NCBI GenBank assembly: GCA_963754925.1
Contig: CAVWHX010000004.1
Coordinates: forward strand, 1,152,001-1,216,000
DNA: 64,000 bases
Origin: an uncultured delta proteobacterium
Lineage (GTDB): Bacteria; Myxococcota; B64-G9
Reading direction: 5' to 3'
Each line of letters opens with the position of its first letter. Position 1 is the first letter of the stretch. The position numbers were made by a program, and so were the translations under genes. The notes under the pieces are model-generated. The model did not search any database and was not told where the DNA came from. It was given only the letters and a program-made list of their open reading frames with translations. Below, in pieces: positions 9,894 through 21,441 of this stretch.

Positions 9894-11453
9894 TCACCCA
9901 CCGCACACTTCATCCTGTTCGATCTTGCATAGCGTCCAGTCGAACTGACCGTTGGTTAGATGCGCGTCGCAGTATTCGCAGCGGCCGTTCATGGCGACTT
10001 TGACCGGCGCCCCGCAGCTTGGGCAGTGCTGGGTGTCGGCAATCTTTGTGGGATCGAATCCGGTGCGCCGCAAAAAGGTCCAATATTCCGAGAAGCTACG
10101 GGACTTTTTTTCTGACCCGCTGATAAGCCGGCCTTTTGAGTCCATCGTATAATCGATCATAGAAGCAAAGATTCGATAGGTAACGATCTCATAAAAAGCG
10201 TCCCGATCGAGCTTGACCAGCTCCAGGCGGGAAATCTGAATTTGATCGAGGATATTGCGATAGCCTTTTTCCTTGTAGCGCTCCATCCAGAAAAGGTGCA
10301 TTTGGAAAAGCCGGTCGGTCTCAAAAGCCCTTGCCTGCTCCCAGTGGTTGCTGGTCCAGGCTTGTTGGAGCGTCATAAAAATGTTCCTTACGCGTTCCTC
10401 GATCCGGGCGAGCGTCTCGCCGTGGTAACGTAGCAGGAAGCTTTTACATTCTACCGCGAGCGCAGGATCGTGCACGGTCTGCAGCTTGGTGCCGATCTCC
10501 TCGCCGCCAAATGAGAGCGGTAGAGCCGCCCGAGGGGTGCGCTGCAGCTCGGTGACCGCTCGAAGCTCCCAATGAAATATGCCCGGCCGCACCGCCTGAC
10601 CGCAGTAGGCGCAGACGCCCTCGGTATCGAGTTTGACCGGACTTCCGCACGAGGGGCAACCGAGGGTAGCCATCTCCTCTGGTTTTTTTGATGCCACGCC
10701 GGCCGCTCGGCTGAATGTCAACGCGCAACGGGAATAGTATGCTTCCTCGGATGCGCTTGTGTCCGAGGACGCGATCTTCTCGGTGTAGTTGGCGTCAAGC
10801 TCGCAGGTGATTTTCCAGAAATTATCTTCCTCCGACAGATCGGCGATGTTGACGGTAGCGACTATCACACTGTGGACCTGAAGATTTTTTTGTGCCCCCG
10901 ATTCTTCAAGGTTGGATAGCAGCTCGGCCGACAGGTAGGGGCGTAACGCCTCGTGCTCGTTGCTCCCGCGTTCTGTTTGGTACCGCGTAAAGATCATTTG
11001 CACAAAGTCTAAGAAGAGAATTTCGGAAAAGTATGGGTCAACTTCTTGCAACTGCTTGATTGCCGTGAGCACCGACGAGCGTCGATCAACAGTCTGTTGG
11101 ACCCCCGTTGACAGCGCTTCCGGTCCCAGCACGGCGCCGGACGATTTGCTTTTCAGATAGCTCATAAACACGAAGCCGACAATGATGAGGACCGGAACAC
11201 CAAGAACAGGATGATTGATCAACAAGTAGATGAGCAGCGCAATTGCGGCGCCGCCGTCGTTGCTTCCCCCCCCAAAATCGTGTCCGCTGCCGCCGCCCCC
11301 AAAGCTTCCCCCCCCTCCAAAACTACCGCCGCCGCCGAAGCTTTCTCCGCCTCCCACCCGACCGAGGACGGACGTTGAGAAAAGAACGCATGCTAACAAT
11401 AGAATAAGTGGTCCGAGGGACAAGAGCTTTCTGAAGAATTTCTTGCGCCTCAT
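9894..11453 (-). CDS. Membrane protein with Gly-rich linker, two TIM44-like domains and two zinc ribbons
   Basis: Signal-like N-terminus, (SFGGGG)x3, TM pair, 'FSEYWTFLR' TIM44-type ending, CPSCG...CAYCG and CPSCG...CEYCD. Confidence 0.7.
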   Translation of the reverse strand: MRRKKFFRKLLSLGPLILLLACVLFSTSVLGRVGGGESFGGGGSFGGGGSFGGGGSGHDFGGGSNDGGAAIALLIYLLINHPVLGVPVLIIVGFVFMSYLKSKSSGAVLGPEALSTGVQQTVDRRSSVLTAIKQLQEVDPYFSEILFLDFVQMIFTRYQTERGSNEHEALRPYLSAELLSNLEESGAQKNLQVHSVIVATVNIADLSEEDNFWKITCELDANYTEKIASSDTSASEEAYYSRCALTFSRAAGVASKKPEEMATLGCPSCGSPVKLDTEGVCAYCGQAVRPGIFHWELRAVTELQRTPRAALPLSFGGEEIGTKLQTVHDPALAVECKSFLLRYHGETLARIEERVRNIFMTLQQAWTSNHWEQARAFETDRLFQMHLFWMERYKEKGYRNILDQIQISRLELVKLDRDAFYEIVTYRIFASMIDYTMDSKGRLISGSEKKSRSFSEYWTFLRRTGFDPTKIADTQHCPSCGAPVKVAMNGRCEYCDAHLTNGQFDWTLCKIEQDEVCGG

Positions 11454-12076
11454 CTAATCACCACCGGACGGTTAGAGATCTCGTTGACGTCATCGGGAGG
11501 CCGTGGCAGCTTTTCGTCGAACAGTTTCTTAAGCGGTTGCAGCGCCGGTTCAAATGCAGCTGGAAAGCTTTGAAAGAGGGGAAGCCATTCAAATTCCTTT
11601 TTGGCGGCCTGCAGGACCGTCCGTGGAACACGCTTTTCGATGCCCACATCCCAGAGCAGTATAACCATCTGCTCCAACCACGATATATACACTAACACGC
11701 CGGTGCGCTCGCGAGTGAGCGACACCCCGCGGTTTACGAATACTGCTTCGGCCGCTTCATGCACCCGAGCGTTCCGACGGCGGTGGCTGACCAAGAGCCG
11801 CGTCAGACGTGGGAACGCTTTGCCGACCAGCCACCCAAATGCAAAGGCCACGACCGTATCCAACCAAAACCAGGAAGCGTTGAATTGGATAGGGAGGTAT
11901 ACCACCAGCAACAATACCACCAACGCGCAGAGTGCCCCGATTTTATAAGGGACGTCCGCGTACGCATCAGACCGACGCGCCAGGGCGAACACCAGTTCGG
12001 CCGATGAATCGGCTTCAAAATCCGACGCCACCTTTTCTAAAATGTTAAGTGTTCTTTTGTGATAATGCATCGTCAT
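11450..12076 (-). CDS. TPM-domain membrane protein
   Basis: 'FEADSSAELV', two TM helices, 'TRERTGVLVYISWLE', ending 'DDVNEISNRP'. Overlaps the next gene by 4 bp. Start is uncertain. Confidence 0.75.
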   Translation of the reverse strand: MTMHYHKRTLNILEKVASDFEADSSAELVFALARRSDAYADVPYKIGALCALVVLLLVVYLPIQFNASWFWLDTVVAFAFGWLVGKAFPRLTRLLVSHRRRNARVHEAAEAVFVNRGVSLTRERTGVLVYISWLEQMVILLWDVGIEKRVPRTVLQAAKKEFEWLPLFQSFPAAFEPALQPLKKLFDEKLPRPPDDVNEISNRPVVIR

Positions 12077-12258
12077 GCCCAAAAAAATGAAGCTGCCGCC
12101 GTTCGGCACATATACCTATCACGCCAGCGGGGGAGCAGACAAAGGATTTTGGTAGTGGGTCAGTTTGCCGTGTCGTTCAACGAACACCCAGAGCCTACAT
12201 GAAAATGACTTACTACCAACAATTGTGGTTTTGTAACAGTTTGTTATTCTCCGTGATT

Positions 12259-14208
12259 ATGGTTAAGCGAGCTGTTTCGCGCACTCAAGTTTCTCGGCAT
12301 TCTCTTTTAGGGCTGGGGGCCTTTTTGGGGCTACTTCTGTTTCATCATCCTGCGAAAGCAGGTCTTATCGATGTGTTGCGCCAGGCCGAACAGGCCACGG
12401 CTTCTGGAAATGCTTCTCAAGCATTGAGTCTGTATCTGAGCACCCTTTCCGAAATCAGACGAGCGCCAGCGGAGTTGCGCGACAGTGCGCTTAGAGGTTT
12501 GTTTGCAACCTGTCAGATATTACTCCATAAAAATGAGTTTGAACCAGCCCTCAACGGGTTAGAAGCGCTGTTACCGCTGACCCGCCCATCGGTTGGGGCC
12601 GATAGCCTTGCGGTCAAGGTGCGCGATAGCCTCCACGGCGCGGCGGTGGATCTCTTGGACCTGCACCGTCCGCGTGAGGCCATTTCCGTGTTGCACCTGC
12701 TGCTTTCCGACGGATCGGCCAATCCACTGCGCTACGCGTTATTGTCACGGGCTTTGATCGAGGCGCACGAGATTGAGCGCGGTAGCGATGTCCTGCGGCA
12801 GGCGCAGAAGCTGTACCCCCATGCGCCTGAACTGCTATTTACGCAAGCTACTCTCGCCAGCGCCTTGGCTGAGGTGGCGGTAGGACGTTCGGCGTATCCG
12901 GCCGCGGCGCGGATGCTTAGCGAAACGGCTTCGTTACTTGAAAAGGCCCTAAGGACGATGCCCCATCAACCTGAGATCTACCATGCACTGGGCAAGCTCT
13001 ATGCCGCCTTGACGACGGTATACCAGGCAACTGGTCAGACTCGGCTCGCGTTACAGTCACAGGGCGCGGCAGAAGAGGCGTACGCCAATGCCGTGCAGGT
13101 GGATCCGCAACACCCCGACATTGCCTTCGAGTTCGGCGGTCTGCTGTTTTCAGCCCAGGATTGGACGTATGCGCGAGAGCTCTTTGACGAGGCCTTGCGC
13201 CGCTATCAAGCGCGAACTTCTGCAAACCTGTCAACCAGCGCGCGCGCCGCCGAACGCCGCAATCGGCAGCGCTGCCGGGAGAACATCATCGCCACCTATT
13301 ATTATCAAACGCTGGATGCCGCGCAGGCTGGTTTGTTTGAGCGCGCCCGTACCTATCTCAATGCCGCGGTGCGGCGCTTCCCGATGTACGCACCCGAAGC
13401 TTCCCGGCTGAGACAGATGTTTGCTGAATATGAACGCTCCCCGGCAGTTCACGTGGCCGCACCCGCGACCGTTTCCGTGCTACCCGACCAACCGCGCGAG
13501 ATGCATGTGCAGGTCGGTTCGCTGGCTGTCGATCTCATCGTCTCTGATCAGGTTGATGTGGATGTGCTCGGCTCACTACTCGAAAAGGCGCACGCCTTGA
13601 CCGAAGGGTTCTTTTCGTATCGACTGATGGGGCCCGTGAGTATCCGGGTCTTTGCAAACCATCGAGCGTTCGGGGAATGGCTTGGACCGTGGCTCAGCGG
13701 GACCCGGGACAGTTTTTATGCGTGCGGTCGTAGTGTGCTCTACCTGGGGCCGGATCGCAGTCGTACGGCCTGGCTGCGGTTGCTCAGGCACGCGTTGGCC
13801 AAGCGTTACATTGACGAAATGAGCTTCATGCGCGCCCCGCAATGGTTACAGGAGGGGCTCTCGCGCTTGGCCTCGGCTCCGTGGACAGAGGCCGATCAAG
13901 CGAGCTTTTTAGCTCTTGCACGCGCCGGCGGGTTGGTTTCGTGGCAGGAGCTTAGTCGGCTGTTGGTCGAGAACTGGCACGAGCCTGGAGTGTTAGAAAA
14001 GCTGTATCTGCAAGCGCACCACATCACCCAGTGGCTTCTGGAACGATACGGACGCGAGCGGATGACCATCCTCCTGTTTTCCTTGCGTGCCGGGGGAGAC
14101 CTGCCAACGGCGACGAAGGCGGCTTTTGGATTGGAGCTAGAGTCCCTCGAAGGTCTATGGCTGCGAGAGTTGCCGCGCTGGTCGGATGGAGTTGACAGCC
14201 CCCCATAA
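12259..14208 (+). CDS. Secreted TPR protein with C-terminal peptidase-MA-like domain
   Basis: Signal peptide (..HPAKA), TPR-like helices, 'LRHALAKRYI...APQWLQEGLS', 'LYLQAHHITQWLLERYG'. Start is uncertain (12199 possible). Confidence 0.6.
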   Translation: MVKRAVSRTQVSRHSLLGLGAFLGLLLFHHPAKAGLIDVLRQAEQATASGNASQALSLYLSTLSEIRRAPAELRDSALRGLFATCQILLHKNEFEPALNGLEALLPLTRPSVGADSLAVKVRDSLHGAAVDLLDLHRPREAISVLHLLLSDGSANPLRYALLSRALIEAHEIERGSDVLRQAQKLYPHAPELLFTQATLASALAEVAVGRSAYPAAARMLSETASLLEKALRTMPHQPEIYHALGKLYAALTTVYQATGQTRLALQSQGAAEEAYANAVQVDPQHPDIAFEFGGLLFSAQDWTYARELFDEALRRYQARTSANLSTSARAAERRNRQRCRENIIATYYYQTLDAAQAGLFERARTYLNAAVRRFPMYAPEASRLRQMFAEYERSPAVHVAAPATVSVLPDQPREMHVQVGSLAVDLIVSDQVDVDVLGSLLEKAHALTEGFFSYRLMGPVSIRVFANHRAFGEWLGPWLSGTRDSFYACGRSVLYLGPDRSRTAWLRLLRHALAKRYIDEMSFMRAPQWLQEGLSRLASAPWTEADQASFLALARAGGLVSWQELSRLLVENWHEPGVLEKLYLQAHHITQWLLERYGRERMTILLFSLRAGGDLPTATKAAFGLELESLEGLWLRELPRWSDGVDSPP

Positions 14209-14267
14209 AGCTAGTGTAGTAGCCAATTGTTATTTTCTCGGTCGACGGAGCGACCAAGGAGCGCGCA

Positions 14268-16867
14268 ATGGATCAGACCACATCTCGATTTGTCGTATTG
14301 AAATTTGGCGGCACAAGCGTCGCAACGCCAGAGCGTTGGCAAACTATTATGGCCGAGGCGCATAAACGCCTGAGCGAGGGACTACGACCGGTGATAGTCT
14401 GTTCGGCGATCGCCAAGGCGTCGGATCAGCTCGAGCGCCTCGTGCATGAAGCGGTTGTCGGACAGCACGAGGCATTGCTTCGGCAAATCAAGCAGCGCCA
14501 TCTCGATCTGGCGACCGGACTCGGAATAGACGGTGCAACGGTGCTTGGCGCGGAGCTGGCCGAGATCGAACGGCTCGCCCTGGGCGCATCGCTGCTGCGC
14601 GATCTCAATCCGCGCCTGATCGCTCGGGTAATGGCCTTTGGTGAGTTGCTGTCTACCCGACTGGGAGCAGCCTTTTTCAACCTCAAGGGACTCAGCACGG
14701 TGTGGGTGGATGCCCGTGAGTGTTTTGTCGGCGTCCAAGAGTCGGGGGCCTCGGAAACGCGTCGGATTCTTTCAGCCAATGTCGATGATGCCTATGATCC
14801 GGCTCTGGTAAAACGTTTTCATGAATTGCCTCAACAGGTAATCATGACCCAGGGATTCATCGCCCGCGATGCGACAGGCGGCACCGTGCTCTTGGGACGA
14901 GGCGGATCGGACTGCTCGGCCGCTTATTTCGCGGCAAAACTCGCTGCGGTTCGGTGCGAGATTTGGACGGACGTGCCTGGCATATTCACCGCCGATCCGC
15001 GTTTGATTCCTTCGGCGCAATTATTGCGTACGGTTGGCTATAGCGAGGCCCAGGAAATCGCTTCCATGGGCGCGAAGGTGCTGCACCCGCGTTCGATCGC
15101 CCCGTGCCAGCGCCAGCGAATCCCGCTGCAGATCCGGTGGGTCGAGCATCCCGAATGCGAGGGAACGCTCATCGCCCGCAGCGATAAAACCGGCGTGGCC
15201 GAGGTGAAAGCGATCTGCCATAAAAAGGGAATAAGCCTCGTTGCGATGGACACCCCCGGCATGTGGCAACAGGCGGGCTTCTTGGCCGATGTTTTTGGTT
15301 GCTTCAAGGCGCGCGGGCTATCGGTTGACTTGGTTTCAACTTCCGAGATGAACATCACCGTGTCGTTGGATGCCGCCGCCAACACGCTTGATCCGCTCAC
15401 GCTCGAGGGTCTCCTGAGAGACCTTTCGCAGTATTGTCAAGCGCGGGTGATTGGTCCGTGCGCGGCGGTAAGTCTCGTCGGACGCGGCATCCGCGCGATC
15501 TTGCACCGCCTCGGAGACGTCCTCGAACTGTTCGAAGAACAACGCATTCACCTGGTCTCGCAGGCGGCTTCGGATCTCAACTTAACCTTCGTGGTGGATG
15601 AGGATCAAGCCGAGCGTTTGGTGCACGATCTGCACTCGTTGCTGTTTGCCGAACGCCGTACCGGCAGCGGCTTTGGCGCAAGTTGGAAGCAGTTATGCGA
15701 AGGAGACGCCCCCCGCGCGCAAACGGAAACCACCGGCTGGTGGGAAGGGCGTCGGGCGGAGCTGTTGGAGCTTGCCGCGCAAGCGACTCCGCTCTTCGTC
15801 TACGATCTTGAGACCGTGCGGCAGGCCGTAGCGGATCTGCGCGGTCTAACGGCCTTGGATCGCCTGTTTTATTCGGTCAAGGCAAACGCCAACGTTGAGG
15901 TGCTGCGGTTCCTAGAAAAAGCCGGATTTGGGTTTGAGTGTGTTTCGCCGGGCGAGATTGCTTTGGTGCGGGAATTGTTCCCCAAGCTTGCTCCGAGCCG
16001 TATCCTCTTCACGCCGAACTTCGTTCCCCGCAGTGAATATACGGCGGCTCTCTCCCTCGGCGCGTACGTCACCGTCGATAACATGTATGTTTTAGAGCGC
16101 TGGCCCGAGCTCTTAACAAACGTGACATCCTCGTCCGACTGGATCCGGGATACGGCTCTGGACATCACGCCCATGTCCGCACGGGCGGCGGCCAGTCCAA
16201 ATTTGGCATACCGGTTGATGATCTCGATCAGCTTGCGCGGCTGTCAGAAAAAGCTTCGGCGACTATCATTGGGCTGCACGTCCATGTGGGTTCGGGTATC
16301 TTTGATCCACAGACGTGGAGTCAAAACGCCTTGTTTTTATTGGAGGCGGTCGAGCGCTTTCCACGGGCGAAAGTCCTTGTTTTGGGCGGCGGCCTGGGTG
16401 TTCCCGAGAAGCCCGGACAGGCGCCGCTGGATCTGGTTGCGTTGGGCGAGGCGTTGGCCAGGGTAAAAGCCGCACATCCGGGCTATGAATTCTGGCTCGA
16501 GCCCGGTCGCTATCTGGTAGCCCAGGCAGGTGTGCTGCTTGGTCGGGTGAGTCAGATCAAGCGCAAGGGCGAGGTGCTCTTTGTGGGGACCGACGTTGGC
16601 ATGAACTCTCTTATTCGCCCTGTGCTCTACGGCGCTCACCACCAGATCTTTAATCTGTCGCGTCTCGGCGAGGCGCCGAGCATGACCGCGCACATTGTCG
16701 GGCCGATCTGCGAGTCGGGCGATATACTGGGCCACAGTCGGCGCATTCCCAACGCCCGCGAGGGGGATGTGCTGCTGTTTGCCACCGTGGGAGCCTACGG
16801 CCGGGCAATGAGTTCGCACTATAACTTACGCGATCCGGCGGCCGAGCGGATTTTACAGGTTCGGTGA
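14268..16867 (+). CDS. Bifunctional aspartate kinase / diaminopimelate decarboxylase (LysC-LysA), split by a -1 indel near 16113
   Basis: KFGGTSV, LGRGGSD and ACT domains, then YSVKAN (PLP Lys). After the shift: DILVRLDPG...SKFGI, HVGSG, EPGRY, GPICES, GAYG. Confidence 0.9.
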
Positions 16868-16893
16868 ACGACCCCACATTAAGGCTAGAAGAT

Positions 16894-16988
16894 TGGATTC
16901 CAGCCAGGCCGCACGCCGCCTGCGCGGGAATGACCTATTACGTTAGGTCATAAGGATGGTAGTCGTCCCCGCGAAAGCGGGGATCCAG
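16894..16988. repeat. Inverted pair of REP-like palindromic repeats
   Basis: TGGATTCC[insert]CCGCCTGCGCGGGAATGAC (16894-16934) and GTCGTCCCCGCGAAAGCGGGGATCCAG (16962-16988). Confidence 0.65.
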
Positions 16989-17012
16989 TACGAGGTTCTG
17001 CGGTGGTCACCA

Positions 17013-18045
17013 ATGCGCGCATGGCTACTCCACAAACCGGCTCCGATCGAAACTAACCCGCTGGTATTGAGCGAGGTGCCCGATCCGAAGCCCGGACCGG
17101 GCGAGGTGCTCCTGCGCGTGCATGCATGCGCTATCTGTCGCACCAATGTGCACGTGGTCGAAGGGGACCTGCAGCAACGCGTAAGCTCCATCACTCCCGG
17201 CCACCAGGTCATCGGGGAGGTGACGGCCATTGGCGCGGGTGTGACCCTGAGTACCGGTGAGCGCCGGGGGGGTGGCGTGGCTGCAGCAGACCTGTCACAC
17301 CTGTCGTTTTTGTCGTACCGGACGTGAGAATCTCTGCGATGATCCTGCCTTGACCGGTTGGACGCGGCCCGGCGGCTTTGCCGAATATATTGTGGCGCCG
17401 GCCGAGGCTGCGTATCCGATCCCGGTTGGTTTTCCGGATCTTCAAGCCGCGCCGCTCCTGTGCGCCGGTATCATTGGGTATCGCGCGCTGTGCCACACCG
17501 GTCTCGGCTATCCGTCCGATTGCAGGGGAGCGCGTCTGGGCCTGTATGGCTTTGGCGCAGCCGGGCATGTGGTGATTCAACTGGCGCTCGCTCGCGGCAT
17601 GGAGGTCTTTGTCATGACCCGGGATATCGAACGCCACCAGAGGCTGGCGGCCGAGCTCGGCGCACGCTGGGTTGGGCGTCCGACGGACCAGCCGCCGCAG
17701 CGACTCGATGCGGCGATTATCTTTGCTCCGGCCGGCGAGCTTGTGGCGCCTGCCGTGCGAGCGCTTGACAAAGGCGGAACGCTGGTGCTGGGCGGGATTC
17801 ACATGAGCCCGTTGCCGCCGCTCGAGTACCGCTGGCTCTACGAAGAGCGGGTGATTCGCTCGGTGACCAACAACACCTGGCAGGACGGGCACGCCCTGCT
17901 GCAGGAGGCGGCCCGCATTCCTATTAGGACTTCTATCCAGACATTTCCGTTTGAGGACGCCAATCAGGCGCTTGCTGCCCTTCGGTACGACGCTATTCGG
18001 GGGGCGGGAGTTCTCTTAGGGCCTGAGTTCTCAGAGATGACTTAG
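17013..18045 (+). CDS. Zinc-dependent alcohol dehydrogenase family protein, split by a +1 indel in the G-run near 17266-17272
   Basis: [13 protein letters not shown], then VAWL...CHTCRFC...[20 protein letters not shown]. Confidence 0.85.
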
Positions 18046-21000
18046 ATGCTGTCGGCGCTATCAACCATAGGCGGCTGACTATCGGGTTTGGACGTCAACA
18101 CCACTGATCCGGTACGGTCGAGCTTGCGCCAGCTATGGCGCCGGCCGCGTATCGCCGCGACCATGGCTTTGAGGCCGACATAGTACATAATCTGACGGTA
18201 GCTGAAACGCTGCACGATAAGTAACAGCAGCCATTTGAGGGGCTTTTTGTCAAGGGTGAATGCCAACAAAGAACCGCAAACATCCATCGCCAGGAATGCC
18301 ACGTACCCGCTTAAGAAAGCCGACCAGTCGCCGCTGAGGATAGCGAGCGCCATCAATACGTCCCCTAACGGGCTCAAGGTCGGAAACAGGATCTGGAAAC
18401 AAAACCATATTGGGGAGGCCGATCCAACCGAGTGGGCCGTGGAAGAACGCTTTGCGATGTTTCCAGAGGCACTGGTAGGTACCGAAGGTCCAGCGGAAGC
18501 GCTGCCGCAGCAACGCCGCGAGGTTTTCAGGCGCTTCGGTGCGTCCCGAAGCCTCGGGTTCGTACACCACCTGCCCGCCTCGACGGAGGATGGTAAGCGT
18601 CAGATCCGCATCCTCGGTCAAGGTGTCGGGACTGTAACCGCCCGCGGCCAGCACTGCTTCCCGCCGCCATGCGCCCAACGCCCCGGGAACGACCGAGATG
18701 CAGTTGAGGGCAGAAAAGGCGCGCCGGTCGAAGTTTTGGCTGGTGACGTACTCGATGGCTTGGAACGTTGTCAGAAAGCCTTTGATATTGCCGACCTCAA
18801 CATTGCCGCACACGGCGGTGATCTTCGGATCGTAGAAGTGGCGCACCAGTTTTGGGATCGAACCGGGCGGAATAATGGTGTCGGCGTCGACCGCGACAAT
18901 GATTTCTCCATGCGCCTCGCGCAGGCCGTGGTTAGCCGCCGCGGCCTTGCCGGCGTTGGCTTGTCGTACCAACCGCACCCGGGGCGTCTCAGCGGCGAGC
19001 GCCGTCACTATCGCTGCCGTGCGGTCTTTCGATCCATCATCGACAACCAGCACCTCCAGATTGGCGTACTCGCTTTCGAGCAGGGAATGGATGGTGTTGG
19101 CGATCACTTTTTCTTCGTTGTAGGCTGGCACCAACACCGTCACGAGCGGTTGATAATCATGCGGAGGATCCGGTTCCTGGCGGCGCAGGTCCTTGATGGC
19201 GAGCGAGCCGAGGAACAAAATGCGTAAAATGGCTAACACCGTGCAGACAAAAAACAGACCGGTTAACAACACCCAGCCCCAGGAGCGTATGAAGGCCAAC
19301 GCGGCATTTCCCACCGAGATTATTCGCTCGGCGGTGGGAAGCGGCTGTTCCAGCTCCTCTCGCGGTATATTGAGAAACCGGTCCAGCGATACAAATTCGT
19401 AACCGCGCTTACGCAGCTCCACCACCACCCGTTTGACGGCTTCCACGGTTTGGGAGCGGTCCCCGCCGCCGTCGTGAAACACCAGGATCTGGCCCTCCCC
19501 GTTTAACACTTCATTGACCACGGTCGCGGTAATCTTTTCGACACCCGGCAACGTCCAATCTTGTGAAACAACGTCGGATCCTACCACGAGATAGCCGTCC
19601 TCCAACGCGACTTGCAGTGGCGGGAACGCTTTCTCATCAATGTTTTCAACTTCGGCGTTATACGGTTCTCGAAACAGCGGTGTGCGCAACCCGGTGAGGC
19701 CCCCGATGAGCCGCTGGTTGGTGTTGAGCTCAATCTCGGTCTCACGCGGAGTGAGATTTTCTAGGTGCGGGTGGGAAAAGGTGTGATTACCGATCAGGTG
19801 TCCGTCGGCAACGATGCGGTCAACGACGTCGGGGTAACGCATGATCTGTTGGCCGACCAAAAAGAATACCGCAGGCACCTTGAGCTCTTTCAGAGCGTCG
19901 AGAATCTCCGGGGTATACGGTTCAGACGGACCGTCGTCGAAGGTTAGCACGAGCTGGCCTTTGGCCCCACCCCGGCGCTCAACTAAGTACCCGGTCGGAA
20001 CCCGCAGGTACGACGCCCGCAAAATCCGACCTGACGGGTCGACCACCATCGTGCGGACACCGGACTGCGGTTCGCCGCGCACGCTCAGTACCTCGCCATT
20101 GCCATAGAACTCAACCGACTTTTTGCCAGGCGGTACCTTAATCAACTTATCCGGACGTTCAGGCAGGTTATCGAAACCGAAAAAAGTCCATAAGGTCTGG
20201 TCTTCAGTGCCCAGCCGCCATAGTGCCATGCGGGTAATTTTGTTCTCGTTCAGTATATGCACTTGGTTCCAAATCGTCAGCGCGTCCTGAAACCACACAT
20301 CGTGCGTCGCACCGGCCGCATCTTTATAAGCGAAATGGCTGTTTTCGAGGCTCTCTTCAAAAATCGGAAGAGCCCCGCTCGCTCCTGCCAATTGGGTCAC
20401 ATCCCGGAAGGGGATTCCCTGGCCGGGGCGATCCCGTGGATCGGTCTGCCAGTCGTAACCGTAGGCCCCTAACGCCACCACCATGCGATCCGCCGGAATG
20501 CGCTGCTTCATCTCGGTGACCGCGTCTATAAACCAGGAGCGCGAGGCGATCGGGCCGGGTTGCGACGCGGGATAGTGCTCGTCATAGGCCATGACGATGA
20601 CTGCGTCGGAGATACTGCCGATGTACTCGATGTCGTAGGCTGGATCAAAAAGCGGCACGCTCACGGTTAAGCGCATCTGATTGGCGTGCAAGGCAGCGCG
20701 CATGTCGACCAAGAACTCAAGCAGAGGCTCGGAATCCTCGGGAGCGAGTTCCTCAATGTCAATGTTGACGCCATCGGCGTCGAGTTCGGAAAGACGTGCG
20801 ACGACCTTCTTCACCACGCATTCACGGGTTTTTTCGTTGCTGAGCAGTTGACCTGCCTCGGTACCGCGCCAACGATAACCAGATAAATTTGCAAGCCTGG
20901 GTAAAACGATCACATTGTTGGACCGGCGCAACACACGTCTGACCGGATTCTCCTCGAGTTGGCTGGTAGAATCGGTGATGTGCTGTTCGCTGTGGTCGAT

Positions 21001-21441
21001 CAGCTCGCAACCTGGCCCCGGAATCTCCAACCAGGTGGGGACAACCGCGTCGATTTGCGCGATGTGACGCTCAAGTGAACCCACCGCCGCCGTATCGTCA
21101 GCGACGAGGAAGGCCACCACAGCCCCCTCAGGCAGCGGCATGGCACCGGTCGTGGCGCCGCGAACTAATCGCTCACGCCGTCGTTTTTCCTGGGCGCGAA
21201 TGTGGGCCATGCGCTCAATCTGGGCCTTGGTGTAAACCGGACGAACGTACTTGCTGATCTTGTCATGCACTTCGGTGGCGGAAAACAAAAAGCGCTTCTC
21301 GAACGGCTGCGGAACCGAAGGGGAAACCAACATGCCGGTCACTAACAGTGCTAATGATACGAGCGCGGCTAAGGCTAAAAACGAGAAAATAACCAACGCC
21401 CGGCGCCACCGACGGCGTGAGGCGTCTTCGAAAATCATCAC
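18042..21441 (-). CDS. GH18-like / polysaccharide deacetylase / GT2 tri-domain membrane protein, split by a +1 indel near 18395
   Basis: DGVNIDIE and MAYDEH (GH18); LTFDDGP and NHTFSH (CE4); PAYNEE, VVDDGS, DAD, TED, QRFRW (processive GT2). C-terminal TMs continue in ORF 18042..18377. Confidence 0.88.

Noticed and set aside
16113..16466. Tail of the 732-aa ORF as real protein, or a programmed frameshift
   Set aside because: Decarboxylase motifs continue in the other frame; no slippery heptamer seen; one missing T explains it.
18235..19227. 330-aa plus-strand ORF
   Set aside because: Antisense shadow of the GT2 domain in GC-rich DNA.
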